DNA of 64,000 bases from the NCBI RefSeq assembly GCF_044324785.1, contig NZ_CP172127.1. One strand, written 5' to 3'. Positions within the stretch are counted from its first letter, which is position 1. Each line of letters starts with the position of its first letter. The position numbers and the translations under genes are program-made. The notes under the pieces were generated by a model that was not told the origin of the DNA, ran no database searches, and worked only from the letters and a program-made list of their open reading frames with translations. This stretch comes from Escherichia coli (lineage in GTDB: Bacteria > Pseudomonadota > Gammaproteobacteria > Enterobacterales > Enterobacteriaceae). Below are positions 18,762 to 31,841 of the stretch, piece after piece.

Positions 18762-19159
18762 AAGAGTTCCTGTTAGCTGTATTGTTTGATTTTCTTATTA
18801 TGAACTTTTGGCGCCGTCGATGGCTTGTTTGTTCGCAAAGTCCTGGCTTGCACGCTTTAGCGAAAGGTGCCATGATTGCGCGAATTTTCTCCTCTCTGTA
18901 CGGAGTTTGCCCGATGCACGCCACCTCCTTACATTCTCTCGCTTATCGCCGTTTTGCGCGAAACTCTTCTCTTTTTATGCTACTGCTCATGCGGTGAAGT
19001 TAACGCACGCTCACTGCAGGACAACAGTAAAATCAGAGCGTTTCTGCTTTTACTGATGTCTGGTGGTCGGAGCTGGTGACCAGTTTGACCCATATCTCAT
19101 GGGGCAGGGTTTTCCACCTTGTCCGGTATTCTTACTTCCCCTAAACGGGTTTTGCGCTT

Positions 19160-21295
19160 ATGAAATCAATGAATATTGCCGCCAGTAGTGAACTGGTATC
19201 CCGACTTTCTACTCATCGCCGCGTGGTGGCGTTGGGAGATACTGATTTTACGGACGTCGCGGCAGTCGTCATTACCGCTGCGGATAGTCGCAGTGGCATT
19301 CTTGCGTTGCTTAAGCGCACCGGTTTTCATCTACCGGTGTTTTTGTATTCCGAACATGCTGTTGAATTACCTGCGGGCGTTACGGCGGTAATCAACGGCA
19401 ACGAGCAGCAGTGGCTGGAGCTGGAATCCGCAGCCTGTCAGTATGAAGAGAATTTGCTGCCACCGTTTTATGACACGCTGACGCAGTACGTTGAGATGGG
19501 TAATAGCACCTTTGCTTGCCCTGGACATCAACATGGTGCGTTCTTTAAAAAGCATCCTGCCGGACGCCATTTTTACGATTTCTTTGGCGAGAACATCTTT
19601 CGCGCCGATATGTGTAACGCTGACGTAAAATTGGGCGATCTGCTTATTCATGAAGGATCGGCGAAAGATGCGCAGAAATTTGCAGCCAAAGTCTTTCATG
19701 CCGATAAAACCTATTTTGTGCTGAACGGCACATCGGCAGCGAATAAAGTGGTGACGAATGCGCTGTTAACGCGTGGCGATCTGGTGCTCTTCGACCGTAA
19801 CAACCGTAAGTCGAATCATCATGGCGCGTTGATTCAGGCGGGGGCGACGCCGGTCTATCTGCAAGCTTCACGTAACCCGTTTGGTTTCATTGGCGGTATT
19901 GATGCGCACTGTTTTAATGAAGAGTATCTGCGCCAGCAAATTCGCGACGTTGCGCCAGAAAAAGCCGACCTGCCGCGCCCGTTTCGCCTGGCGATTATTC
20001 AGCTGGGAACCTATGACGGCACTGTCTATAACGCCCGTCAGGTGATCGATACCGTTGGGCATCTGTGTGATTACATTCTGTTTGATTCCGCGTGGGTCGG
20101 TTACGAACAGTTTATCCCGATGATGGCGGATAGCTCGCCGCTGCTGTTAGAACTTAACGAAAACGATCCGGGGATCTTTGTGACTCAGTCGGTGCACAAA
20201 CAGCAGGCGGGATTCTCACAGACGTCGCAGATCCATAAAAAAGATAACCATATCCGTGGACAGGCGCGTTTTTGCCCACATAAGCGGTTGAATAATGCCT
20301 TTATGCTCCATGCTTCTACCAGCCCGTTCTATCCGCTGTTCGCCGCCCTGGACGTTAACGCCAAAATTCATGAAGGGGAGAGTGGGCGTCGGCTGTGGGC
20401 TGAGTGCGTTGAGTTGGGTATTGAGTCGCGCAAGGCTATTCTTACGCGCTGTAAGCTGTTCCGCCCGTTTATCCCGCCCGTTGTTGATGGCAAATTGTGG
20501 CAGGATTATCCGACGTCAGTGTTAGCCAGCGACCGCCGTTTTTTCAGTTTTGAGCCGGGGGCGAATTGGCACGGCTTTGAAGGATATGCCGCGGATCAGT
20601 ATTTTGTTGATCCGTGCAAGCTGTTACTCACCACGCCGGGTATCGATGCCGAAACCGGCGAATATAGCGACTTTGGCGTTCCGGCGACGATTCTGGCGCA
20701 CTACCTGCGTGAGAACGGCATTGTGCCGGAGAAGTGCGATCTCAACTCCATTCTGTTCTTATTAACTCCGGCGGAAAGCCACGAGAAGCTGGCACAACTG
20801 GTGGCGATGCTGGCGCAGTTTGAACAGCATATTGAGGATGATTCGCCGCTGGCTGAGGTGTTGCCGAGCGTTTATAACAAATATCCGGTGCGCTATCGCG
20901 ACTACACCCTGCGCCAGTTGTGTCAGGAGATGCACGATTTGTATGTCAGTTTCGACGTCAAAGACCTACAAAAAGCGATGTTCCGCCAGCAGAGTTTCCC
21001 GTCAGTGGTGATGAATCCCCAGGATGCGCATAGCGCTTATATTCGCGGTGAAGTGGAGTTGGTGCGGATTCGTGATGCCGAAGGGCGAATTGCGGCAGAA
21101 GGGGCGTTGCCTTATCCACCTGGCGTGCTTTGCGTGGTACCCGGGGAAGTCTGGGGTGGGGCGGTTCAACGTTATTTCCTTGCGCTGGAAGAAGGCGTGA
21201 ATTTGTTGCCGGGATTTTCGCCGGAGTTGCAAGGTGTCTATAGCGAAACCGATGCGGATGGCATGAAACGGTTGTACGGTTATGTGTTGAAGTAA
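19160..21295 (+). CDS. speC: ornithine decarboxylase, constitutive (711 aa)
   Basis: 711-aa fold-I PLP decarboxylase; synteny speC-yqgA-pheV. Confidence 0.9.
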   Translation: MKSMNIAASSELVSRLSTHRRVVALGDTDFTDVAAVVITAADSRSGILALLKRTGFHLPVFLYSEHAVELPAGVTAVINGNEQQWLELESAACQYEENLLPPFYDTLTQYVEMGNSTFACPGHQHGAFFKKHPAGRHFYDFFGENIFRADMCNADVKLGDLLIHEGSAKDAQKFAAKVFHADKTYFVLNGTSAANKVVTNALLTRGDLVLFDRNNRKSNHHGALIQAGATPVYLQASRNPFGFIGGIDAHCFNEEYLRQQIRDVAPEKADLPRPFRLAIIQLGTYDGTVYNARQVIDTVGHLCDYILFDSAWVGYEQFIPMMADSSPLLLELNENDPGIFVTQSVHKQQAGFSQTSQIHKKDNHIRGQARFCPHKRLNNAFMLHASTSPFYPLFAALDVNAKIHEGESGRRLWAECVELGIESRKAILTRCKLFRPFIPPVVDGKLWQDYPTSVLASDRRFFSFEPGANWHGFEGYAADQYFVDPCKLLLTTPGIDAETGEYSDFGVPATILAHYLRENGIVPEKCDLNSILFLLTPAESHEKLAQLVAMLAQFEQHIEDDSPLAEVLPSVYNKYPVRYRDYTLRQLCQEMHDLYVSFDVKDLQKAMFRQQSFPSVVMNPQDAHSAYIRGEVELVRIRDAEGRIAAEGALPYPPGVLCVVPGEVWGGAVQRYFLALEEGVNLLPGFSPELQGVYSETDADGMKRLYGYVLK

Positions 21296-21300
21296 GAATA

Positions 21301-21337
21301 AAAAAACGGGTCACCTTCTGGCGACCCGTTTTTCTTT
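21301..21337. terminator. bidirectional rho-independent terminator between convergent speC and nupG
   Basis: Hairpin acgggtcacc/ggcgacccgt flanked by an A-run and a T-run. Confidence 0.7.
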
Positions 21338-21343
21338 GCGTAA

Positions 21344-22600
21344 TTAGTGGCTAACCGTCTGTGTACCTGTCGGGACACGAACGTGTTTATATTTGAACAT
21401 CGCCATGAACGCGAAGGCCAGAACCACGGAGTAACCTGCGAAAATCAGCCATACGGTCTGCCAGTCGGTAATGCCGTTTTGGGTGTACATCTCAACCACT
21501 TTACCGCTCACGATGCCGCCGAGGATACAGCCGAAGCCGTTGGTCATCATCAGGAACATCCCCTGCGCGCTGGCGCGAATTGCCGGGCTAACTTCTTTTT
21601 CGACAAACACCGAACCAGAGATGTTGAAGAAGTCGAATGCGCAACCGTAAACGATCATCGACAGTACCAGCAGTACAGTACCGAACGGAGTCGGGTCGCC
21701 GTAAGCAAACAGAGCAAAACGCAGGATCCACGCCACAATACTGATCATCATTACGTTCTTAATACCGTAGCGGCTTAAGAAGAACGGGATGGTCAGAATG
21801 AACAGGGTTTCAGAGATCTGCGAAATCGACATGATGATTGACGCATGCTGCACGATGAAGCTGCTGGCAAACATCGGATCTTTGTCGAAGCTGTGCAGGA
21901 AGGTATTACCGAACATGTTGGTAATCTGCAGTTCCGCGCCCAGCAGCATTGAGAAGATGAAGAAGATTGCCATGCGCTTGTTTTTAAACAGAGCGAATGC
22001 ATCGAGGCCCAGCAGGGTTGTCCAGCTCTGATTCGCTTGCTGTTTAGCAACCGGAATATGCGGCAGAGTCAGGGTAAACAGAACCAGAATGGCGGAAAGC
22101 GCTGCGCCAATATACAGCTGCATGTGGCTTAATTCGAAGCCGGACAGGCTCACCACCCACATTGCCATGATAAAGCCGATGGTGCCCCAGATACGGATTG
22201 GCGGGAAGTCAGTAACGATATCCATCCCGGCATTTTGCAGGCGATAGTAAGAGATGGTGTTGATTAACCCAAGCGTTGGCATATAAGCAAACGAGTTAAT
22301 CAATATCACAAGGAACATCGCCTCCGGCGTAGTGACCTCTGCCGCCATGAACAGCGTGATAGCGCCAATGGTGTGGCAAATGGCATAGACCCATTTCGCA
22401 CTTAACCATTTGTCGGCCACAATCCCCAGCAGCGCAGGCATAAAGACCGCGGCGATACCCAGTGAGCTATAAACTGCGCCGATAGAAGCACCGTCAAACT
22501 TCAGGGTAACAAACATATAGGAGCCGAGGGTCGTCAGCCAACTTCCCCACAGACAGAACTGCAGAAAAGAGAGGATTTTCAGCTGCAGCTTAAGATTCAT
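21344..22600 (-). CDS. nupG: nucleoside:H+ symporter NupG (418 aa)
   Basis: Start at internal ATG (MNLKLQLKILSFLQF...); MFS permease. Confidence 0.9.
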   Translation of the reverse strand: MNLKLQLKILSFLQFCLWGSWLTTLGSYMFVTLKFDGASIGAVYSSLGIAAVFMPALLGIVADKWLSAKWVYAICHTIGAITLFMAAEVTTPEAMFLVILINSFAYMPTLGLINTISYYRLQNAGMDIVTDFPPIRIWGTIGFIMAMWVVSLSGFELSHMQLYIGAALSAILVLFTLTLPHIPVAKQQANQSWTTLLGLDAFALFKNKRMAIFFIFSMLLGAELQITNMFGNTFLHSFDKDPMFASSFIVQHASIIMSISQISETLFILTIPFFLSRYGIKNVMMISIVAWILRFALFAYGDPTPFGTVLLVLSMIVYGCAFDFFNISGSVFVEKEVSPAIRASAQGMFLMMTNGFGCILGGIVSGKVVEMYTQNGITDWQTVWLIFAGYSVVLAFAFMAMFKYKHVRVPTGTQTVSH

Positions 22601-22801
22601 GTTAATTTCCTCACATCGTGATGCGGATGAGTGTTTGAAAAAGCACATTTGACCGTGCGAGATGATGCGATTCTATCAACTTCGCGGACTGGTTTTTTGT
22701 TACCTGTGGCAAATAATTGCAAACATTCCCAATTTGCAAAACGAAATTGTGATGTGGATAACATTTTTACCCCTGGGCATCGTCAGGGGCGGTTAGTGGA
22801 A

Positions 22802-23908
<1,107 letters not shown>

Positions 23909-23945
23909 TTATGCAAGTTGCCGGAGGCGTGCTCCGGCACTGTTT

Positions 23946-24224
<279 letters not shown>

Positions 24225-24248
24225 TCATCCTCTTTATCGACTCACGCG

Positions 24249-25301
24249 CTAAACCGGCGCGCCAGTGCGTAACTGCTGTAACAAACGCTCCACGGGAGCC
24301 GCCAGGCCAACTGACGGCGGTTGCGCTAAGTTATACCAGAGCGCATTGTCTTCATCCATGCAGCCGATGAATGACGACACGGGAAGCCACATAGGCACAA
24401 TATCTAAGTGGAAATGGCTGAAGGTATGCCGAAACGCTGTCAGCTGTGTCAGGTTATCGGCAGCAATCTGCCGTTGCGCCAGCCACTGCCGCAAACTTTC
24501 TTCATCGGCAAACTGCGGGAAACAGTATAAACCGCCCCACAATCCGCTCGGCGGACGCTGCGCCAGCAATACTTCATCTTCGTGCTGTAACAGCAAAAAG
24601 TAGCCGGTGCGCTCTGGCAGCGTCTGTTTCGGTTTTTTGCCCGGATAAAGCGACCAGCTATTGTTGGCGGCGGCAATACATCCGTTTTGTAGCGGACAGA
24701 GCGAGCATTTCGGCTTAGAGCGCGTACAAATCATCGCGCCCAAATCCATCATCGCCTGATTAAACCGCTCCACGCCGACCGCGGGCGTCACCTGCTCGCT
24801 CAAACTCCACAGTTTATTCTCGACCTCTTTTTTCCCAGGCCAGCCGCTTACAGCATAGCAGCGCGCCAGCACCCGTTTGACGTTACCGTCGAGAATCGGA
24901 AAGTGCTTACCTAGAGAAAGCGAGAGAATCGCGCCTGCGGTGGAACGCCCGACGCCCGGTAACGCCGCGACTTCTTCAAAGGTTTCCGGGAATTTACCGC
25001 CGTGTAAGGTCGCCACTTGTTGTGCCGCTTTATGCAGATTGCGCGCGCGGGCGTAATAGCCAAGCCCGGTCCACAAGTGGAGAACTTCGTCGAGCGGCGC
25101 ATTGGCGAGATCGGTCACCGTTGGGAAGCGCGCCATAAAGCGTTCAAAATAGGGGATAACGGTCGCAACCTGAGTTTGTTGCAACATCACTTCTGAGAGC
25201 CATACTTTGTAGGGCGTCTTGTCAATTTGCCAGGGCAGCGTTTTCCGCCCGTATTTATCGTACCAGTCCAGAACCTGGGCTGAAAATTGCGACGCTTGCA
25301 T
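24249..25301 (-). CDS. mutY: adenine DNA glycosylase MutY (350 aa)
   Basis: Start at internal ATG ([25 protein letters not shown]...). Confidence 0.9.
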   Translation of the reverse strand: MQASQFSAQVLDWYDKYGRKTLPWQIDKTPYKVWLSEVMLQQTQVATVIPYFERFMARFPTVTDLANAPLDEVLHLWTGLGYYARARNLHKAAQQVATLHGGKFPETFEEVAALPGVGRSTAGAILSLSLGKHFPILDGNVKRVLARCYAVSGWPGKKEVENKLWSLSEQVTPAVGVERFNQAMMDLGAMICTRSKPKCSLCPLQNGCIAAANNSWSLYPGKKPKQTLPERTGYFLLLQHEDEVLLAQRPPSGLWGGLYCFPQFADEESLRQWLAQRQIAADNLTQLTAFRHTFSHFHLDIVPMWLPVSSFIGCMDEDNALWYNLAQPPSVGLAAPVERLLQQLRTGAPV

Positions 25302-25461
25302 GGTCACCGAATTCACTGTTGTTGGGGGCAAGATTGCAGCACAGCGACGGCAGGGTGTAAACCGGAACTTTCCGCAGCCACGGCCTTATCATGCTTGCAT
25401 CCGGCAACTAACTTTGGATAATGCCCGTTTTCAGAACACTTTCACAAGCGACTAAATCTTT

Positions 25462-26181
25462 ATGAAAAACGACGTCATCTCACCGGAATTTGATGAAAAC
25501 GGCCGCCCGCTGCGCCGTATCCGTAGTTTTGTGCGCCGCCAGGGGCGACTGACCAAAGGCCAGGAACATGCGCTGGAAAACTACTGGCCGGTGATGGGCG
25601 TTGAGTTCAGCGAAGATATGCTGGATTTCCCTGCGCTTTTTGGCCGTGAAGCGCCGGTGACGCTTGAGATTGGTTTTGGCATGGGCGCGTCGCTGGTGGC
25701 AATGGCTAAAGATCGCCCCGAGCAGGACTTCCTCGGCATTGAAGTGCATTCACCGGGCGTTGGTGCGTGCCTGTCTTCTGCGCATGAAGAGGGCTTAAGC
25801 AACCTGCGCGTGATGTGTCACGATGCGGTTGAAGTGCTGCATAAAATGATTCCTGACAATTCATTGCGCATGGTGCAGCTCTTTTTCCCTGACCCGTGGC
25901 ACAAAGCGCGCCATAATAAACGCCGTATCGTTCAGGTGCCGTTTGCCGAGCTGGTAAAAAGCAAACTGCAGCTGGGGGGCATATTCCATATGGCGACCGA
26001 CTGGGAACCTTATGCGGAACATATGCTTGAAGTGATGTCTTCTATTGACGGTTATAAAAACCTGTCAGAGAGCAATGATTACGTACCGCGTCCGGCATCA
26101 CGTCCGGTGACGAAATTTGAACAACGTGGTCATCGTCTTGGTCACGGAGTATGGGACTTAATGTTCGAGAGGGTGAAATAA
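25462..26181 (+). CDS. trmB: tRNA (guanine46-N7)-methyltransferase (239 aa)
   Basis: Recognisable translation; SAM-MTase. Confidence 0.9.
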   Translation: MKNDVISPEFDENGRPLRRIRSFVRRQGRLTKGQEHALENYWPVMGVEFSEDMLDFPALFGREAPVTLEIGFGMGASLVAMAKDRPEQDFLGIEVHSPGVGACLSSAHEEGLSNLRVMCHDAVEVLHKMIPDNSLRMVQLFFPDPWHKARHNKRRIVQVPFAELVKSKLQLGGIFHMATDWEPYAEHMLEVMSSIDGYKNLSESNDYVPRPASRPVTKFEQRGHRLGHGVWDLMFERVK

Positions 26182-26507
26182 TGGCAAAGAACCGTAGCCG
26201 TCGTCTGCGTAAAAAAATGCACATCGACGAATTCCAGGAATTAGGATTTTCGGTGGCATGGCGATTCCCGGAAGGTACATCGGAAGAACAGATTGATAAA
26301 ACCGTTGATGACTTTATTAACGAGGTTATCGAACCGAACAAACTGGCCTTTGACGGCAGCGGTTATCTGGCCTGGGAAGGTCTGATCTGCATGCAGGAAA
26401 TCGGCAAATGCACCGAAGAACATCAGGCGATTGTGCGTAAGTGGCTGGAAGAACGCAAACTGGAAGAGGTACGCACCAGCGAACTTTTCGACGTTTGGTG
26501 GGACTAA
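26181..26507 (+). CDS. yggL: DUF469 protein YggL (108 aa)
   Basis: Start ([18 protein letters not shown]...) overlaps the trmB stop (TAATG). Confidence 0.85.
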   Translation: MAKNRSRRLRKKMHIDEFQELGFSVAWRFPEGTSEEQIDKTVDDFINEVIEPNKLAFDGSGYLAWEGLICMQEIGKCTEEHQAIVRKWLEERKLEEVRTSELFDVWWD

Positions 26508-26537
26508 GAAAGCATACGGGCGATGACAAATGCAAAA

Positions 26538-26620
26538 CTGCCTGATGTGCTACGCTTATCAGGCCTATAAAGATGCACGATCGAGTAGGCTGGATAAGGC
26601 GTTTACGCCGCATCCGGCAT
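26538..26620. repeat. REP (repetitive extragenic palindromic) elements
   Basis: gcctgatg...cttatcaggc and ggataaggcgtttacgccgcatccggca motifs. Confidence 0.7.
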
Positions 26621-26690
26621 GGAAAACGCGCACTTTGTTATCAATCTGGGGCCAGCAAATGCTGGCCTGATTTGTTCTTGAGGGAAGACT

Positions 26691-27410
26691 ATGATGCGCA
26701 AAATGCTGCTGGCGGCAGCACTTTCAGTGACGGCAATGACCGCTCACGCCGACTACCAGTGCAGCGTCACGCCGCGTGACGATGTGATTGTCAGCCCGCA
26801 AACCGTGCAGGTGAAGGGCGAAAACGGCAATCTGGTGATCACGCCAGACGGCAACGTGATGTATAACGGTAAGCAATATTCCCTGAATGCCGCCCAGCGC
26901 GAGCAGGCGAAGGATTATCAGGCTGAACTACGTAGCACCCTGCCGTGGATTGATGAAGGCGCGAAAAGCCGCGTCGAGAAAGCCCGTATTGCGCTGGATA
27001 AAATTATCGTTCAGGAGATGGGCGAAAGCAGCAAAATGCGCAGCCGTCTGACCAAACTTGATGCGCAGCTGAAAGAGCAGATGAACCGCATTATCGAAAC
27101 GCGCAGCGATGGCCTGACGTTTCACTATAAAGCCATTGATCAGGTTCGTGCCGAAGGCCAGCAATTAGTGAATCAGGCAATGGGCGGAATTTTACAGGAC
27201 AGCATTAATGAAATGGGCGCGAAAGCGGTGCTGAAAAGCGGCGGTAACCCATTACAGAACGTGCTGGGAAGCCTGGGCGGTCTGCAATCCTCAATCCAAA
27301 CAGAGTGGAAAAAGCAGGAAAAAGATTTCCAGCAGTTTGGCAAAGATGTTTGTAGCCGCGTTGTGACTCTGGAAGATAGCCGCAAAGCCCTGGTCGGGAA
27401 TTTAAAATAA
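26691..27410 (+). CDS. yggN: DUF2884 periplasmic protein YggN (239 aa)
   Basis: Signal peptide; synteny. Confidence 0.85.
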   Translation: MMRKMLLAAALSVTAMTAHADYQCSVTPRDDVIVSPQTVQVKGENGNLVITPDGNVMYNGKQYSLNAAQREQAKDYQAELRSTLPWIDEGAKSRVEKARIALDKIIVQEMGESSKMRSRLTKLDAQLKEQMNRIIETRSDGLTFHYKAIDQVRAEGQQLVNQAMGGILQDSINEMGAKAVLKSGGNPLQNVLGSLGGLQSSIQTEWKKQEKDFQQFGKDVCSRVVTLEDSRKALVGNLK

Positions 27411-27585
27411 TCCTCTATTTTAAGACGGCATAATACTTTTTTATGCCGTTTAATTCTTCGTTTTGTTACCTGCCTCTAACTTTGTAGATCTCCAAAATAT
27501 ATTCACGTTGTAAATTGTTTAACGTCAAATTTCCCATACAAAGCTAAGGGATAATGCGTAGCGTTCACGTAACTGGAGGAATGAA

Positions 27586-28632
27586 ATGGAGTTTTTCAAA
27601 AAGACGGCACTTGCCGCACTGGTTATGGGTTTTAGTGGTGCAGCATTGGCATTACCCAATATCACCATTTTAGCAACCGGCGGGACCATTGCCGGTGGTG
27701 GTGACTCCGCAACCAAATCTAACTACACAGCGGGTAAAGTTGGCGTAGAAAATCTGGTTAATGCGGTGCCGCAACTGAAGGACATTGCGAACGTTAAAGG
27801 CGAGCAGGTAGTGAATATTGGCTCCCAGGACATGAACGATGATGTCTGGCTGACACTGGCGAAAAAAATTAACACCGACTGCGATAAAACTGACGGCTTC
27901 GTCATTACCCACGGTACCGACACGATGGAAGAAACCGCTTACTTCCTCGACCTGACGGTGAAATGCGACAAACCGGTGGTGATGGTCGGTGCAATGCGCC
28001 CGTCCACGTCTATGAGCGCAGACGGTCCATTCAACCTGTATAACGCGGTAGTGACCGCAGCTGATAAAGCCTCCGCTAATCGTGGCGTACTGGTAGTGAT
28101 GAACGACACCGTGCTTGATGGCCGTGATGTCACCAAAACCAACACCACCGACGTAGCGACCTTCAAGTCTGTTAACTACGGTCCTCTGGGTTACATTCAC
28201 AACGGTAAGATTGACTACCAACGTACCCCGGTACGTAAGCACACCAGCGACACGCCGTTCGATGTCTCTAAGCTGAATGAACTGCCGAAAGTCGGCATTG
28301 TTTATAACTACGCTAACGCATCCGATCTTCCGGCTAAAGCACTGGTAGATGCGGGCTATGATGGCATCGTTAGCGCTGGCGTGGGTAACGGCAACCTGTA
28401 TAAAACCGTATTTGACACCCTTGCAACCGCTGCGAAAAACGGCACTGCAGTAGTGCGTTCTTCCCGCGTACCGACGGGCGCTACCACTCAGGATGCCGAA
28501 GTGGATGATGCGAAATACGGCTTCGTCGCCTCTGGCACGTTGAACCCGCAAAAAGCGCGCGTTCTGCTGCAACTGGCTCTGACGCAAACTAAAGATCCGC
28601 AGCAGATCCAGCAGATCTTCAATCAGTACTAA
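27586..28632 (+). CDS. ansB: periplasmic L-asparaginase II (348 aa)
   Basis: Signal peptide plus asparaginase motifs (ILATGGTIAG; HGTDTMEETAYFL). Confidence 0.95.
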   Translation: MEFFKKTALAALVMGFSGAALALPNITILATGGTIAGGGDSATKSNYTAGKVGVENLVNAVPQLKDIANVKGEQVVNIGSQDMNDDVWLTLAKKINTDCDKTDGFVITHGTDTMEETAYFLDLTVKCDKPVVMVGAMRPSTSMSADGPFNLYNAVVTAADKASANRGVLVVMNDTVLDGRDVTKTNTTDVATFKSVNYGPLGYIHNGKIDYQRTPVRKHTSDTPFDVSKLNELPKVGIVYNYANASDLPAKALVDAGYDGIVSAGVGNGNLYKTVFDTLATAAKNGTAVVRSSRVPTGATTQDAEVDDAKYGFVASGTLNPQKARVLLQLALTQTKDPQQIQQIFNQY

Positions 28633-28639
28633 TCACTTC

Positions 28640-28662
28640 GCCCCGGTATCGTGCCGGGGCTT
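28640..28662 (+). terminator. putative ansB terminator hairpin (gccccggtatcgtgccggggc)
   Basis: GC-rich hairpin directly after the stop; weak T-tract. Confidence 0.4.
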
Positions 28663-28748
28663 ATTCACTTCAGACTCACGTCCATTGCCAATTTTTATTA
28701 CCCTAATGATAATCACCGGAATAAATTATTCCGCGCGAGGGTTTTCGG

Positions 28749-29756
28749 GTGAAAAAGCAATGGATTGTTGGTACGGCGCTGTTTATGTTGATGACTGGTA
28801 ATGTCCGGGCAGATGGTGAACCGCCAACTGAAAATATCTTAAAAGATCAATTCAAAAAGCAGTATCACGGCATTCTCAAGCTTGATGTCATCACCTTAAA
28901 AAATCTTGATGCTAAGGGTAATCAGGCCACCTGGTCAGCGGAAGGCGATGTCTCTTCCAGTGACGATCTCTATACCTGGGTCGGTCAGTTGGCAGATTAC
29001 GAGCTGCTCGAACAGACCTGGACGAAAGATAAACCGGTGAAATTCTCGGCGATGTTAACCAGTAAAGGAACGCCCGCGTCTGGCTGGTCGGTGAACTTTT
29101 ACTCTTTTCAGGCGGCAGCCAGCGATCGTGGGCGGGTGGTTGACGATATCAAAACCAATAATAAATATCTGATCGTGAATAGCGAAGATTTCAATTATCG
29201 CTTTAGTCAGCTTGAGTCTGCGTTGAATAACCAGAATAACTCGATTCCTGCACTGAAAAAGGATGTAAAAGCGCTTGATAAGCAAATGGTGGCGGCGCAG
29301 AAAGCAGCGGATGCATATTGGGGAAAAGATGCAAACGGTAAGCAAATGACCCGCGAAGACGCCTTTAAAAAAATTCACCAACAGCGTGATGATTTTAATA
29401 AACAGAACGATAGTGAGGCGTTCGCGGTTAAATATGACAAAGAGGTTTATCAACCGGCGATTGCGGCATGTCATAAACAGAGTGAAGAGTGTTATGAAGT
29501 GCCAATTCAGCAGAAACGAGATTTTGATATCAATGAACAACGGCGACAGACTTTTCTGCAATCACAAAAACTTAGCCGTAAATTGCAGGATGACTGGATA
29601 ACGCTCGAAAAAGGGCAATATCCGTTAACGATGAAAGTTTCAGAAATAAACAGTAAAAAAGTCACGATTTTGATGAAAATTGACGATATCAACCAGGCTA
29701 ATGAACGCTGGAAAAAAGATACCGAACAATTGCGGCGCAATGGGGTGATTAAGTAA
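28749..29756 (+). CDS. yggM: DUF1202 secreted protein YggM (335 aa)
   Basis: Signal peptide; synteny between ansB and hemW. Confidence 0.8.
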   Translation: MKKQWIVGTALFMLMTGNVRADGEPPTENILKDQFKKQYHGILKLDVITLKNLDAKGNQATWSAEGDVSSSDDLYTWVGQLADYELLEQTWTKDKPVKFSAMLTSKGTPASGWSVNFYSFQAAASDRGRVVDDIKTNNKYLIVNSEDFNYRFSQLESALNNQNNSIPALKKDVKALDKQMVAAQKAADAYWGKDANGKQMTREDAFKKIHQQRDDFNKQNDSEAFAVKYDKEVYQPAIAACHKQSEECYEVPIQQKRDFDINEQRRQTFLQSQKLSRKLQDDWITLEKGQYPLTMKVSEINSKKVTILMKIDDINQANERWKKDTEQLRRNGVIK

Positions 29757-29778
29757 TTTTTGCGATGACGCAAGAGTT

Positions 29779-29813
29779 GTAGCCGGATGTTGCGTACACG
29801 CCGCATCCGGCAA
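29779..29813. repeat. REP element
   Basis: gtagccggatg...cgccgcatccggca palindrome. Confidence 0.65.
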
Positions 29814-29820
29814 TACAAAT

Positions 29821-30957
29821 TTACTCAGCCAGAAAAAGCTCCAGCAGCGAATTTAAAAACAACTTCCCATGTTCCGTTATCTGCCAGTAATCCGCACATT
29901 CTGTGAGATAACCCTGAGCGATAGCCTCGTCTAACTGTGGGCGAATAACCTCTTCTGAAAGGCCAGTATACTGGCTAAACTCCACGCGCGGCGCGGCTTC
30001 CAGCAAACGGAAGCGATTCATAAAGAACTCAAATGGTTTATCTGCGGCTTCGACATCACGCTGGCTTTCCAGATACCGCCCCTGCATAAAACCACGTGGA
30101 TGACGCGTTTTGGTGGTACGCAGAATGCGCCCATCCGGGAAGGTCACTTTGCCATGCGCGCCGCAGCCAATACCGATGTAGTCACCAAAGCGCCAGTAGT
30201 TGAGATTGTGCTGGCACTGATAACCGGGTTTGGCGTAAGCGGAAGTTTCATATTGCTGATAACCCGCTGCGGTTAATAACTGATGCCCCTGTTCGAAAAT
30301 GTCCCACAGCGCGTCATCGTCCGGCAGTACAGGAGGGCGCGAGCCAAACAGCGTATTGGGTTCGATGGTCAGTTGATACCAGGAAAGATGCGGCGGATTC
30401 AGTTCAATGGCCTGGCGTAGATCGCCTAGCGCCTCTTCCAGTGATTGATCCGGTAGCCCATGCATCAAATCGAGGTTAAAGCTACGTAACCCTAAACCGC
30501 TCGCCAGATTTGCCGCTCGTTTCGCTTCTTGCGGGCCATGAATGCGCCCAAGTCGTTTCAGCTTTTCTTCGCTAAAACTCTGTACGCCAATGGAGATGCG
30601 GTTCACACCAGCACGCTGATAATCAACAAAGCGATCGGCTTCAACCGTACCAGGGTTCGCTTCCATCGTAATTTCTGCATCCGCTGCCAGCGGCAAACGC
30701 GCACGTACGCCGTTCAGCAGCGTTTGCATCGCCGGGCCGGAAAGCAGGCTCGGCGTACCACCGCCAATAAAGATTGTCTTTACTTCACGGCCCTGAGCGT
30801 AAGCCACATCGTTGTCCAGATCGTTAAGCAGATGCTGAACATAATCGTCGTGCGGCACTTCTCCTTTCAACGCGTGAGAGTTGAAATCGCAGTACGGGCA
30901 TTTCTGCACGCACCACGGGATGTGAATGTAGAGACTCAGCGGCGGTAATTTAACCAT
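29821..30957 (-). CDS. hemW: radical-SAM heme chaperone HemW (378 aa)
   Basis: CxxxCxxC radical-SAM motif ([10 protein letters not shown]). Confidence 0.9.
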
Positions 30958-31543
30958 TACGTAAAGCGTCCAGCAGCAGTTTCAACGCCTGACCACGGTG
31001 GGAAATGGCGCTCTTTTCTTCGCGGGTCAGTTCGGCAGCGGTTTTCCCTTCGGAAGGTACGAAGAAGATTGGATCATAACCAAAGCCACCAGTGCCCGCT
31101 GGTTCACGAGTAATCACGCCTGGCCAGCTACCGTGGCATACCAGCGGAGTGGGATCTTCCGCGTGACGCAGATATACCAGCACGCAGTGGAAACGCGCCT
31201 GACGTTGGTCGTCCGGTACGTCTTTCATTGTTTCCAGCAGTTTTTGCAGATTCTTTTGATCGGTCGCGTCTTCACCGGAATAACGCGCGGAGTAAATACC
31301 CGGCGCGCCACCCAGCGCATCTACCGCCAGACCGGAGTCGTCGGCAATTGCCGGTAAACCGGTCACTTTTGCCGCATGGCGCGCTTTCAGAATCGCGTTT
31401 TCGATAAAGGTCAGGCCGGTTTCTTCAGCGGAATCTACGCCGAGGTCTGTTTGGGCAACGATATCAAGACCGAAGTCGCTAAGCAGCGACGCCAGCTCAC
31501 GCACTTTACCGGCATTGCCGGTTGCGAGGACAACTTTTTGCAT
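30950..31543 (-). CDS. rdgB: dITP/XTP pyrophosphatase (197 aa)
   Basis: Ham1-family translation ([16 protein letters not shown]...); 8-bp overlap with hemW. Confidence 0.9.
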
Positions 31544-31550
31544 AGGATAC

Positions 31551-31841
31551 CTAATTAATTAACGCCGCGATTTCTGGCGGGATTTGTTGCGGATTAATGA
31601 TTTTAATTTGTTTGTGGCGGCCAAGTTCGCCTTTTTCAATCACCACCTGGCTTTTGGCAACCCGGAATAGCTTACCGAGAAACTTCACCAGATGGCTGTT
31701 GGCCTGGCCGTCAACCGGCGGCGCGGTAATGGCGACTTTTACCTCGTCGCCATGTAAACCGACAATAGAATCACGGCTGGCTTTCGGCTGAATATAGAGC
31801 CGTAAAACCAGACCGTCATCATTAACTGTTACGGCACTCAT
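31551..31841 (-). CDS. yggU: DUF167 protein YggU (96 aa)
   Basis: Start at internal ATG ([20 protein letters not shown]...). Confidence 0.8.

Noticed and set aside
27420-27585. FNR and CRP sites in the ansB promoter
   Set aside because: ansB is known to be FNR/CRP regulated, but I could not place convincing TTGAT-N4-ATCAA or TGTGA-N6-TCACA matches by eye, so no site is reported.
27670-28587. 305-aa ORF antisense to ansB
   Set aside because: Shadow ORF inside a well-recognised gene; His/Arg/Val-rich translation typical of antisense frames.
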